A stretch of DNA of 64,000 nucleotides from Phyllobates terribilis (Eukaryota). Every line of letters begins with the position of its first letter. The first letter of the stretch is position 1. The position numbers were made by a program, and so were the translations under genes. The notes below the pieces were generated by a model, which was not told where the DNA came from, ran no database searches, and worked only from the letters and a program-made list of their open reading frames with translations. The stretch is from positions 319,424,001 to 319,488,000 of the forward strand of contig NW_027362763.1 in NCBI RefSeq assembly GCF_046119375.1. Direction: 5' to 3'. Shown here in pieces: positions 49,660 through 61,403 of this stretch.

Positions 49660-50350
49660 ATGGAGAACAAAAAGAGAAGAGAACTGTCTGAGGACTTGAA
49701 AACCAAAATTGTTGAACAATATCAACAATCTCAAGGTTACAAGTCCATCTCCAGATATCTTGATGTTCCTTTGTTCACAGTGCAAAATATAATCAAGAGG
49801 TGTTCAACCCATGGCACTGTAATTAATCTCCCTGGATGTGGATGGCAGAGAAAAAATGATGAAAATTTGCAATGCAGAATAGTCCAAATGATGGATAACC
49901 AGCCCCAATCAAGTTCCAAAGATATTCAAGCTGTCCTGCAGGCTCATGGTGTATCAGTGTCAGCACGAGCTATCCGTCGACATTTGAGTGAAATGAAGCG
50001 CTATGGCAGGAGACCCAGGAGGACCCCACTGCTGACACAGAGACCTAAAAAAGCTTCAAGGCATCATGAAATCTAAAGATTACCAAAGGATTTTGGGTTG
50101 AAATGTAGTGTCCAGTGTCATAAAGCTGGGTTTGCATCCTAGGTCATGACTCTGAGTCTTCCAGCAGGACAATGACCCCAAACATACTTCAAGAAGCACC
50201 CGTAAATGGATGGATAGAAACCACTGGATAGTTCTGAAGTGGCCAGCAATGAGTCCGGATCTAAATCCCACTGAACACCGGTGGAGAGATTTTGAAATTG
50301 CTTTTGCGAGAAGGCACACTGGAGCAGTTTGCAAAAAGAAGAGTGGTCCC
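49660..50350 (+). pseudogene. Internally deleted Tc1 transposase
   Basis: MENKKRRELSEDLKTKI...RRPRRTPLL fused to FQQDNDPKH...WPAMSPDLNP. Confidence 0.85.
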
Positions 50351-50362
50351 AATTCCAATTGA

Positions 50363-50815
50363 TGTTATGCACTTTGCAGAGGGACCCAGCAAGACTGGCA
50401 CCAAACCAGCAAAGGCGCACCCACAGACTAACTTTGCACAAGCAGCCCAGCTAGGTGAGCCCTTGAGGGCCGTGAATACTCTTCACCCAGCTCCCAGCAA
50501 ATGGAAGGGGGACTTTGGCAGACCCACTGTCGCAGGACAGCAGAATGGACAACATCCCACCACTGCAAAGTGCAAGATACAGCAGCGTCCTGCATTGCCT
50601 GGCAACCGAAGAAATCAGTGAGAGACACGACGTCCCACATCCTCACACATTCTACAACACCAGAACTCAATGCTCCATAAGATTGGGACAGTCTCCATGC
50701 ATGCATAGTAGCTCCGCCTCCAGGGTCAGGACAATGGTGGCGCCTGTGATAGGAGTAGCGTGGCACCGGACCTGCTCCACTCGCGGATGGGAGGACAGAA
50801 CCACGATTCTTAACA
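50363..50815 (-). repeat. 3' LTR of a Gypsy chromovirus relic (453 bp)
   Basis: TGTTA...TAACA termini; preceded on the minus strand by PPT GGGAGGGGGG. Confidence 0.75.
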
Positions 50816-50829
50816 GTACCCCCCTCCCT

Positions 50830-52143
50830 AGGAAAGACCTCCGGGCTCTAACTATCCACTTTGTCTGGAAACCTCTTATGGAACTCAACGATGAGACAAT
50901 TGCCATGTATATTACCTCTTGAGACCCAGGACCTCTCCTCAGGACCATACCCCTTTCAATGAATCAAATACTGAATGGAGTTATGAACTCTATGAGAGTT
51001 CACAATACTTTCTATCTCAAATTCCTCAGTATTATCTACCAGAATAGGAGGAGGAGGATCCTGGGTCACAAGCGGGGTAACCACCTTCTTTAATAATGTC
51101 TTGTGAAAAACATTGGGGACATGCATAGAGGAAGGCAGACCTACCCGAAAAGCCTCCTTATTGACAACCTCAATAGTGGGAAATGGTCCTATAAACCAGG
51201 GAGTGAGCTCAGAAGATGGTACCTTAATTTTGAGATTCTTAGTAGACACCCAAACTCTGTACCCCACTTAGAGTTTGCATCCTTGCTGATGGTGCTTATC
51301 GGCCTGCCTCTTCATGCTCTCCCTTGATTTCTTGAGATGGATACTGGCTTCCCCTCAAACCCTCCAGAGGCACTGAATAGTAGCAAAGACCGCCAGAAGT
51401 ACATAGTCGCCTTCATCAAAATATGGAGACCTAGGATGGAATCCAAGATTATAGAAGAAGGGAGATATTCCCAAGCCCTCGTGGTGTCTATTGATTAGGG
51501 CGAACTCTGCCAAGGCTAAGTATGATCCCCAATCATGCTGAGTATGGGAGCAAAAACATCTTAGATATGTCTCAAGACACTAGTTGGTTCTCTCCATTTG
51601 TCCATTAGATTGAGGATGGTATGCAGATGAAAATGAGAGTTCCGACTTGAGGCGTTTATAGGAAGCCCTCCAGAATCTGTAGACAAACTGGGGCCCATGA
51701 TCGGAGACAATATTCATAGGAACCCCATGCAATCTTACCACCTGAACAAGGAACAAATTTACCAAGTCCTACGCACTGGGCAACTGAGCCTAAAGAACCA
51801 AATGGCATTGTTTAGAAAATCGGTTCACAATCACCCACTCCATAGTCATACCGTTGGAGTCAAGGAGATCTGTAATGAAGTCCATGGATATGTGGGACCA
51901 AGGACGTACAGGAATGGGCAAAAGGAGACGTTTCCCTACCGGGGCGACGTGAGGCACCTTGTTCCTGGCACAGAACTCACATGCCTTAACATAAGCTTCA
52001 ACATCCTTACTCAAGGACGGCCACCAATACTTTCTGCTCAACAATTGACAAGTTCTCTTAATGCCCGGGTGGCCCGCTGTGACCGAGTCATGACACTCTC
52101 TGAGTAAGCCCAACCATAACTGCACCAGAACAAATAGCCACAA
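50830..52143 (-). pseudogene. Ty3/Gypsy integrase plus chromodomain (Sushi-like), degenerate
   Basis: HDSVTAGHPG..CEFC zinc finger; ISMDFI, VSDHGPQF, HPQSNGQMER; GPFP; EEFEIESIV..QYLIH chromodomain. Confidence 0.92.
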
Positions 52144-52331
52144 TAAGAAGAATTAAAATTCCCCCAAGATTCAAGAAAAAAAACACAGCAAAAAAGGCAA
52201 GACTGTTTACCTGCCAGATCTCAGAACTAATGCACTACCAAGATGCAGCAAGCCCATGTAATAAAGATGGCGGCAACACAGCTGCAAAATACTGATGAGA
52301 CAATCACTCTCAACCTACAGTTTCATGGAAA

Positions 52332-52560
52332 AATGTCAAGAGTGTGCAAAGCAGTCATCAAAGCAAAAGGTGGCTACTTTGAAGAACCTAGAATATAAGA
52401 CATATTTTCAGTTGTTTCACACTTTTTTGTTAAGTATATAATTCCACATGTGTGAATTCATAGTTTTGATGCCTTCAGTGTGAATGTACAATTTTCATAG
52501 TCATGAAAATACAGAAAATCTATAAATGAGAAGGTGTGTCCAAACTTTTGGTCTGTACTG
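52332..52560. mobile_element. Isolated terminal repeat of the DD38E Tc1 family
   Basis: Nearly identical to ~27435-27664; ends GGTCTGTACTG followed by TA. Confidence 0.85.
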
Positions 52561-52841
52561 TATACATACATATATATACATATATATATATATATAAAAT
52601 GTGTTTTAAAATGTTATTATACATACTAAAAGTGTGATTTCATACAAAAATGTAAAATCCTACAAACATATACATTATGACAAAATTTAAGACCTTTTCT
52701 TTCTTCATATTATAGCCATTTTCAAATACAATTTTTCGATATTTCATTCATATATGTAAAAAAATAAATTAATAAAAAATAAAAATATATTTACAGGGTG
52801 GTCCAAAAGTAGGTGGACAGAAAGTGTAATAAGATTATGAA

Positions 52842-53020
52842 GGGGTAGATTTATCAAGCATGGTATAAAGTGAAACTGGCTCAGTTGCCCTTAGCAACCA
52901 ATCAGATTTCACTTTTCATTCCTCACAGACTCTTTGGAAAATGAAAGGTGGAATCTGATTGGTTGCTAAGGGCAACTGAGCCAGTTTCACAGATCTAGTT
53001 TTCACAGATAAATCTCCCCC
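52842..53020. mobile_element. Palindromic MITE inserted in the DD41D 5' UTR
   Basis: GGGGTAGATTTATC...GATAAATCTCCCCC ends; long internal hairpin GTGAAACTGGCTCAGTTGCCCTTAGCAACCAATCAGATT. Confidence 0.75.
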
Positions 53021-53058
53021 AAATCTGTTTTCTTTTCAGATAATTCAGATAACACATA

Positions 53059-54121
53059 ATGGAAAATAATTTAAATACAGATCAAAGAAAATGGATTTTA
53101 ACAGAGTATTGGAAATCTCAAAATGCTGAAACCGTTACAGCAAATTGGGTTGAAACATTTGGTACTCAAGCCCCAAAGTGACAAACCATTTACCGCATTC
53201 GTGACAAATTCAATGCCACTGGCTCAATCCTTAATGCTCCAAAAACTGGTCGACCCAAAACAGTCTGTACAGAAGATAATAAACAACTTGTTGCTGAAAC
53301 ATTTGTTCAGAGTCCAAAAAAGTCCACCAGAAGAGCCTCTTTGGAATCGGGAATTTCACGAGCTTCTATCATGCGAATCCTGAAATCTATTGGGTGGAAA
53401 GCTTATCGTCCATGTCTAATTCATGGTTTATTGGAGGATGATCCAGACAGGCGGCTGCAATTTAGTGAGATTATGCTTAATGAAATTGAAGAAAATCCAG
53501 TAATTTTAGATAACATTATGTGGAGTGATGAAGCTTCTTTCAAATTATCCGGCCATATTAACCGACATAATTGTATTTACTGGTATAATGAGAACATGCA
53601 TTTAACATTAGAGCAACAACTAAATGAGCCTGGTGTCAATGTTTGGGGTGGTATTTCAAGTTTTGGTGTTTTAGGACCAATATTTTTTGATGGAACAGTC
53701 ACAGGAGATAAGTATCTCGAAATTCTAATGAATCAAGTTGTTCCCCAGTTACAGCAACAGCCTAATTCAAATGACCTTTATTTCCAACAAGATGGGGCCC
53801 CTCCACATTATTCAAGAGTAGTCCGCGAGTATCTTGATGAAACATTTCCTAATGAATGGATTGGCCGAAGAGGCCCACTTGATTGGCCGGCACGTTCACC
53901 AGACTTGACCCCAATGGATTTTTTCTATTGGGGAGTACTCAAGGACAAAGTTTATAGTCGAAAATCAAAAAGTGTCAGTGATTTGAAAAATTTGTACATA
54001 AGAGATGCTTTCAAGAAATTAATACCCAAAGAGACTTGTGCAAAAAAGTTTGTCGAAGCGTAAGAGGCGACTTCAAAGCTGTGCAAATTGTAATGGAAAA
54101 CAGTTTGAGCACCTGCGTTGA
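53059..54121 (+). pseudogene. DD41D transposase with one stop (53179-53181) and one frameshift near 54000
   Basis: MWSDEASF; QQDGAPPH-41 aa-D (SPDLTPMDFF). Confidence 0.92.
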
Positions 54122-54270
54122 TAAAATTTAAGGGCTTTTGTATTATTGTTCAGAATAAAATTTAATTGTCAATGTTATGCTTGTGTTAGTAAATATAATT
54201 TTATATATAAATCAAAATAAATGATATTATTTTTTGGCCATCTACTTTTGGACCACCCTGTGTATGTATG

Positions 54271-54320
<50 letters not shown>

Positions 54321-54343
54321 CCTGTCAATATTTATTTTATATG

Positions 54344-54625
54344 TCATATACCCTCTATAATATCATTTAATCCATCTGGGTATAATGTACCCAGACGGAA
54401 GATCCAGTATGATTCTTTCCGGTTTAACTTTTTTACCCTATTGCTACAATTCTCAGGTATTTGCTCCAACGGGGTCACAGAAATATTGAATGTTTTATTA
54501 TGCTTCAAACATAAGTGCCGAGATAAGCGGTGTTTTAAAAACCTATTTTTGGTATTGTGCCTGTGGTCATTCATACGGGATCGTAGGGACTGGATGGCCC
54601 GACCCACGTATTGCAGGCCACACAT
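54344..54625 (-). pseudogene. GIY-YIG endonuclease C-terminus of a Penelope-like element
   Basis: CGLQYVGRA..LRSRMNDHR...KESYWIFRLGTLYPDGLN. Confidence 0.88.
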
Positions 54626-55249
54626 ATATGAATGAAATATCGAAAGACTGTATTTGCAAATGGCTATAATATGAAGAAAGAAAGGGTCTTAAATTTTGTC
54701 ATAATGTATATGTTTGTAGGATTTTACATTTTTGTATGAAATCACACTTTTAGTATGTTTAATAACATTTTAAAAGGCATTTTATATATATAGTAAAATT
54801 ATATTTATAGTGTTTTTAGAAAAGGAAATACTTTCTGTGTGAAAAAATTTGTTGTGCGAAAACATTTTTTTGAAGAAAAAAAAACTGTATAAAAGCCATT
54901 TAGTATATGGGTTTTGTTAGATTCCTCGGAGTGCAAAATCCGGCATATCTGAGTATCTGGGTGTGTCTGAAAAACAGATCTTTCAGTCCCCACCCAAAAT
55001 GACAAGCAGGGATATCTGCTATAAAATGTGTGTAGATAGATCTGTTTATATGCATGATGTTATACCTAAGGAAGGGTCAAAGAATTCGAAACCGGTTGTA
55101 TTTTAGTTTGAAATAAAAATTATTTTTGAATCCGAATATCAAGTTCCATCATCATCCTTCAGGAGCACATATTGCTAGGAAAAACATTTACAAAGTGGTA
55201 TCGCCCATGAAAGCTCTGTCCAGTGCTCTCATCAGCTCCCAGATTTCTG

Positions 55250-55551
55250 CAGAAAACTGAATGTAAAGAGGAATGGAGTGATCCACTGATTGGATTTACA
55301 TGCAGAACCTCAAGACACCAAATAGGTGAGTGCATTTATACTGAGTATATACCCTTGGAATCTAACTACTACACTTAGAAGCCTGCGCTTCCTATTTTCT
55401 CTCCCTATAATCCCCTCTTGTCTCAAGAGAAGATAATGTTATAGAAGCATCCAAAGAGCCAAGAGGAACCTCCAACTACTTGGCCACGGTAGCATTTAAA
55501 AAACTTATCTCAGCCCCGCAGTCAACAAAAGCATAACCCTCCACACTCTTA
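55250..55551 (-). pseudogene. Gypsy aspartic protease fragment
   Basis: After removing 55552-58046 and one TTA, the frame reads VITFSGKSVEGYAFVDCGAE; left limit approximate. Confidence 0.75.
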
Positions 55552-58046
55552 GGCTATGTGCCCACGTAGCGTTTTTGTAGCGTTTTTGCGGCTGCGAAAA
55601 CGCTTGTAAAACCGTCTGCTATGCAAAGCAATGTGAATTCGGATGTGCTGTGCACATGATGCGCTAATTAGCGTGCCGAATTCGCATTGCATTGCAAAAC
55701 GCTGCATGACCATTTCTACCGCGATTACGCTGCAAATTCGCAGCCATTGAGGAACATTGCAGCAAACCCGCAGGTATATGTGGATTTGGTGTGTTTCAAT
55801 TAAATTCAATGGGTGCGAATTTGCAGCGTAATCGCGGTGTGTGTGGTACCCAGGATGAAGAGGAGACTACAACTCCTCTTCATCCCAGCTACCACGCGGT
55901 GAAAAAAAGAAATAAAAAAGTTAAAAATAAAAAAAACTGTATACTCACCGCTCCAGTCTGCTCCAGGCGGCATCCTCTCTCTTTGGCGTCCCGTGGTGTA
56001 CTAGCAGGACCTGCGGTGACGTCATTTAGTCACCAGCGTTCAGGTGATGGTCGCGTGACCATCAGCTGACTAAATGACGTCACCGCAGGTCCTGCAAGTA
56101 CACCGCGGGACGCCGAGGAGAGAGGATCGCCGCCGGGAGGAGACTGGAGAGGTGAGTATAACAGTTTTTTTTATTTTTAACTTTTTAATTCTTTTTTTTT
56201 TTTTACTATAGATGCAGAATTTAAAGCATCTAAGTTGGTCACACAATATACACTGTGTTCCAAATTATTATGCAAATAATATTTTCTCAGATTTTCCCAA
56301 ATTACCTATATGAATTGCAGTCATTGTAATTTTCCAGTCAAATAACTATTAGAGTACAATTGAAAGGTTTTTGTACAAACTGCCTATGATAACAGTATAT
56401 TTTAAAAAAAATAAAAAACTCAAACTGCACTCAAAATACATGTTCCAAATTATTATGCACAGCAGAGTTTTCAACCTTTTCATTTTAATAAAGAACAAAA
56501 AAAATGGTCATTTTTGAAATTATAAGCATTAGCAGGTTATTACAAACTGAAATCAAACAGTTTTCAACTCAAAACTTTATTCTAGGTGATGTTACATTTG
56601 CACATAGGACCGCTTGTTCGAAAGGAGCTTCTGAACTCTCTCGTCCATTAAATCTGTCAGATTTTGGATGGTTTCTGCTTTAATTGTTTTGCATGAGGAC
56701 AGAATACCCTCCTAGAGCTGTTGCTTAGATGTGAACTGCCTCCCGCCATCATAGACACTCCTTTTGATGATGCTCCAGAGGTTCTCAATGGGGTAGAGGT
56801 CAGGGGAGCATGGGGGCCACACCATAAGTTTGTCTCCTTTTATGCCCATAGCAGCCAGAGATGCAGATGTGTTATGTGCAGCATGAGACGGGGCATTATC
56901 ATGCATGAAAATGATCTTGCTGCGGAATGCACGGTTCTTCTTCTTGAACCATGGAAGGAAGTGCTGTTTGAGAAACTCAACATACATTATAGAGTTCATC
57001 TTTACCCCTTCAGGGATCCTAAAAGGGCCAACAATCTTTCTCCCCATGATTCCAGCCCAAAACATTACTCCACCTCCTCCTTGTTAGCGCCGTAGCCGTG
57101 TTTGCATGGGGTGTCCATCAACCAGCTATCCTCCACTCCATCCATCTGGACCATCGAGATCATTTTCATGCATGATAATGCCCCGTCTCATACTGCACAT
57201 AACACATCTGCATCTCTGGCTGCTATGGGCATAAAAGTGGACAAACTTATGGTGTGGCACCCATGCTCCCCTGACCTCAACCCCATTGAGAACCTCTGGA
57301 GCATCATCAAAAGGAGGCAGTTCACATCTAAGCAACAGTTCTGGGAGGGTATTCTGTCCTCATGCAAAACAATTAAAGCAGAAACCATCCAAAACCTGAC
57401 AGATTCAATGGACGAAAGAGTTCAGAAGCTCCTTTCGAACAAGGGGTCCTATGTGCAAATGTAATATCACCTAGAATAAAGTTTTGAGTTGAAAACTGTT
57501 TGATTTCAGTTTGTAATAACCTGCTAATGCTTATAATTTCAAAAATGACCATTTTTTTGTTCTTTATTAAAATGAAAAGGTTGAAAACTCTGCTGTGCAT
57601 AATAATTTGGAACATGCATTTTGAGTGCAGTTTGAGTTTTTTTTTTTTTTTTTAAATATACTGTTATCATAGGCAGTTTGTACAAAAACCTTTCAATTGT
57701 ACTCTAATAGTTATTTGACTGGAAAATTACAATGACTGTAATTCATATAGGTAATTTGGGAAAATCTGAGAAAATATTATTTGCATAATAATTTGGAACA
57801 CAGTGTAAATCCATGCCGGTTGCATGGATTTATATTGTGAGACCAACTTGTCAAGCACTTTTCCAAGTGATGCTCAAAATCGCTTGGAAAAGTGCTGGAA
57901 AAAACGCATGCGAAAACGCATGTAAAAATGCTGAAAAAACGCTTCTCTCTGGCAGAAAAAAAACGCATGTAAATCTGCACGTGTTTTTTTCTGCCAGAGA
58001 GAGGCAAAAACGCTCTGCATCAAATCTGCTACGTGGGCACATAGCC
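55552..58046. mobile_element. PIF/Harbinger-type non-autonomous element inserted in the Gypsy protease
   Basis: TIR GGCTATGTGCCCACGTAGC; TSD TTA at 55549-55551 and 58047-58049; related to 20020-21945. Confidence 0.88.
56251..57805. mobile_element. Fold-back Tc1-like DD37E (TRT-type) derivative made of two right ends
   Basis: TIR CACTGTGTTCCAAATTATTATGCAAAT with TA flanks; arms ~56251-56916 and 57158-57805 both encode the transposase C-terminus (HDNAPSH-37 aa-E). Confidence 0.88.
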
Positions 58047-58149
58047 TTACCACTAAACGTGATAACAATAGGTAAAAGTAATTTCTGTGCTAGGGGTAGC
58101 TGAGCACCTAAATGGGGATCCCCGAACCCAGTTAGGAGCGGTTGATTCC

Positions 58150-58991
58150 CTTCGGGTCCAGATGTGTACATTCACGAACCAGATGGCGCAAGGAACCACA
58201 TAAAATAAACTGTCGCCATCTTTGCTGCCTTGACTCCCGAGAGGTACCAACTCCACGAAGCTGCATGGGTTCTCCCTCAGCCTCTGGACCACCAGAGGTT
58301 ATGGATGAACTCCGCCCGAGGGACAATCTTTCTCAACATCTCTACTGGCTTCTCCGATCATGTCGCACAGCTAATGTCATGGAGGCCTCCAACAACCAGG
58401 GAGGAGAGTGGTGCACTAGCATGTCTTTAATATGTTCATTAAGCCCAGACAGGAAAGTACTACGAAGAGCAGTATCGTTCCACTCAGTCTCTATGGCCCA
58501 CCTTTGAAACTGGGATCAGTTGTCCTCCGCAGGGAGGTCCCGCTGACACAATGCCTTAAGATGGGATTAAAGCCACTCTGTCCGGTTCATCATAAATCTG
58601 CCCCATAGCCTTAAAAACTCATCCACTGACGAGAGTACTGGTGAATCTGAGGGTAATGAAAATGCCCAAGACTGGGGATCCCCTCTAAGAAGGGAAATAA
58701 CAAGACGCACCCGAGTACCTTCATTCCCGGAGGAAACAGGGCGAAGTGGAAAATATAATTTGTACCCCTCTTTAAATTATTAAATTGTTTCTGATGTCCC
58801 CCCAAAAAATCAGGCACCTTAGGTTCTATGGGAATGACCCCAGCTGCAGGACTGGGGTTAGAACTTGCCTGTGTTGGGGGGACCCCCTGAGCCAGGGTCT
58901 GGCTATGCTGGTTCACAGTACCCACCAAATACTCCTGGAACATTCTCAGAAGGCCCTGCATCTGGTCAATAATCTGCTTGACTGGATCCAT
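58150..58991 (-). pseudogene. Ty3/Gypsy gag (Sushi-like), frameshifted
   Basis: MDPVKQ...EPKV..FLGG; EPMQL; CGSLRHLVREC zinc-knuckle remnant. Confidence 0.8.
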
Positions 58992-59007
58992 TTTGTTTAA
59001 ATATATA

Positions 59008-60166
59008 CAGGTGCATCTCACAAAATTAGAATATCATGAAAAAGTTAATTTATTTCAGTTCTTCAATACAAAAAGTGAAATTCATATATTATATAGAGTC
59101 ATTACAAACAGAGTGATCTATTTCAAGTGTTTATTTCTGTTAATGTTGATGGTTATGGCTTACAGCCAATGAAAACACAAAAGTCATTATCTCAGTAAAT
59201 TAGAATACTTTATGACAACTGCTTGAAAAATGTTTTTAAAATCCAAAATGTTGGCCTACTGAAATGTATGTTCAGTAAAGGCACTCAATACTTGGTCGGG
59301 GCTCCTTTTGCATCAATTACTGCATCAATGCGGCGTGGCATGGAAGCGATCAGCCTGTGGCACCGCTGAGGTGTTATGGAAGCGCAGGTTGCTTTGATAG
59401 CAGCCTTCAGCTCGTCTTCATTGTTGAGTCTGGTGTCTCTCATCTTCCTCTTGACAATACCCCATAGATTCTCTGTGGAGATAAGGTCAGTCGAGTTTGT
59501 TTACCAATCAAGCACAATGATCCTGTACAGGTATTGGTACTTTTGGCAGTGTGAACAGATGCTAAGTCCCGCTGGAGAATGAAATTTTCATCTCCAGAAA
59601 GCTTGTCGGCAGAGGGAAGCATGAAGTGCTCTAAAATTTCCTGGTAGATGGCTGCGCTGACTTTGTTTTTGATAAAACACAGTGGACCTAAACCAGCAGA
59701 TGACATGGCTCCCCAAACCATCACTGATTGTAGAAACTTCATACTTGACCTCAAGCAGCTTGGATTGTGTGTCTCTCCACTCTTCCACCGGACTCTGGGA
59801 CCTTGATTTCCAAATGAAAATTGGAACTCTGGGACCTTGTGGAGTGTGTCAATGACTGCCTTCTGGACATCTGTCAAGTCAGCAGTCTTGTCTTCCCCAT
59901 GATTGTGGAGTCTACTGAAACAGACTAAGGGACCTTTTTTAAATGCTTAGGAAGCCTCTGCAGGTCTTTTTTGTTAATTATTTTAATTTACTGAGATAAT
60001 GACTTTTGTGTTTTCATTGGCTGGAAGCCATAATCATCAACATTAACAGAAATAAACACTTGAAATAGATCACTCTGTTTGCAATGACTCTATATAATAT
60101 ATGAGTTTCACTTTTTGTATTGAAGAACTGTTTTTGATGATATTCTAATTTAGTGAGATGCACCTG
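59008..60166 (-). mobile_element. Internally deleted Tc1 transposon
   Basis: TIRs CAGGTGCATCTCAC(A/T)AAATTAGAATATCA; fragment SVMVWGAMSSAGLGPLCF. Confidence 0.88.
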
Positions 60167-60170
60167 TGTG

Positions 60171-60202
<32 letters not shown>

Positions 60203-60203
<1 letters not shown>

Positions 60204-61403
60204 GTAGCACCCTGAGGATTCGGCTGCTACAGGGGTATTGCACCTCAACCCAGAGGTGTGATATTCCACTCCCGGGTAAGGATGGAGTGTGGAACTGAGC
60301 TCAGATAGACTGCATGCACTACATACATCCCATTCCAGAGGAGCAGGCCGACGGTACTCCCACTTGGAAATGTGCAGGTACAACCGAGCCTGTTCCTGGC
60401 TGGAGTGGGAGGGGGGTGGTACATCCCATGTAGTGTAGGGGCAGATAGGGGGAGCAGTCTGGGTAGTGATAGGAGCTCATTGGGTGCTGGTCACCTGAGC
60501 TCACACATAGAGGGATATATAAGGAGGGCACCAACTTAGATCAGGGTCAGACGCTGAGAACAAGTCAGTTGGAGAGGAGAGAGAAGGAAACAGCAGCCCT
60601 GGAGAGAGAGAGAGGAGAAAGAAAGAGAAAGACCCAGAGGGGGAAGACTGAAGGGACCCAAGAACCCAAATTAGAGCACCGGGTGAGGAGTCAGCACAAG
60701 GGTACCGGAACCCAAGCTGGTGGGGGCAAAAACATCCCTAGCCAGAGACCGGAGGCTGTGGGCAGCATCTGCCACGGCCACCCACTACATCCACCCTGAA
60801 GGCATACCACATGGAGGGTCAGGGAACCTAAGGCCAAGGGTTGCCCAACAGAAGGCCCGAGGGAGCTGGACCTAGGTGGATCACTGGTGGGGACGGCTGA
60901 AGAAAGGACAGAGGGAGAGCTCAGGGCCACGCTCCGGACTTGTTTGGGGGTTGGCCGGATCCAGGACCTGGTGGACGCAGCACGGCTCGGGTGGTCACTA
61001 ACAGCTGGAGTGACCGAAACATCAGCAGTAAGTAAACTCCCTTAACTGCACAACCCGAGTCTGTCTTCATTGCCGGCTGCACCGCACCACCACAACCCCC
61101 ATCCTCTGCGCCTGTCCCCTCTGAGGCTATACCCCTCCCGTTGGGGGTTATCCCACCAAGCTGCACATCCACCATCAGCCTCAGCGGACCCTGCTGCAGC
61201 GGCGGCCACAGTGACCGCATTACAACGGGTGGCGTAGTCGACACAAAAGAACTCTTATAACATCAGTAAGGACTGCCACATAACACATAGCTTGACGCCC
61301 TGGGCACGGGACCGGGTCTCAGCCGCTCGGAGACTACAACCCCCCATCTGATCCGGTGCCGGGTATTCCCCTCAAAAAGGAATATGTCCCAGGGGGCGCG
61401 TCA
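60203..61403 (+). repeat. 5' LTR of copy 2 (1201 bp)
   Basis: First 73 nt repeated exactly at 63928-64000; ends GCGCGTCA before the PBS. Confidence 0.93.

Larger units (their letters stand above)
52794..54260 (+). mobile_element. mariner-like DD41D transposon (rosa/Visitor type), full length
   Basis: TIR CAGGGTGGTCCAAAAGTAG; TA on the left, TG on the right. Confidence 0.92.
52565..55190 (-). mobile_element. 5'-truncated Penelope-like element with an inverted pLTR, split by the DD41D transposon
   Basis: GIY-YIG ORF end; 52591-52757 and 54622-54790 are inverted copies; degenerate hammerhead at 55062-55101; outer limits approximate. Confidence 0.7.
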
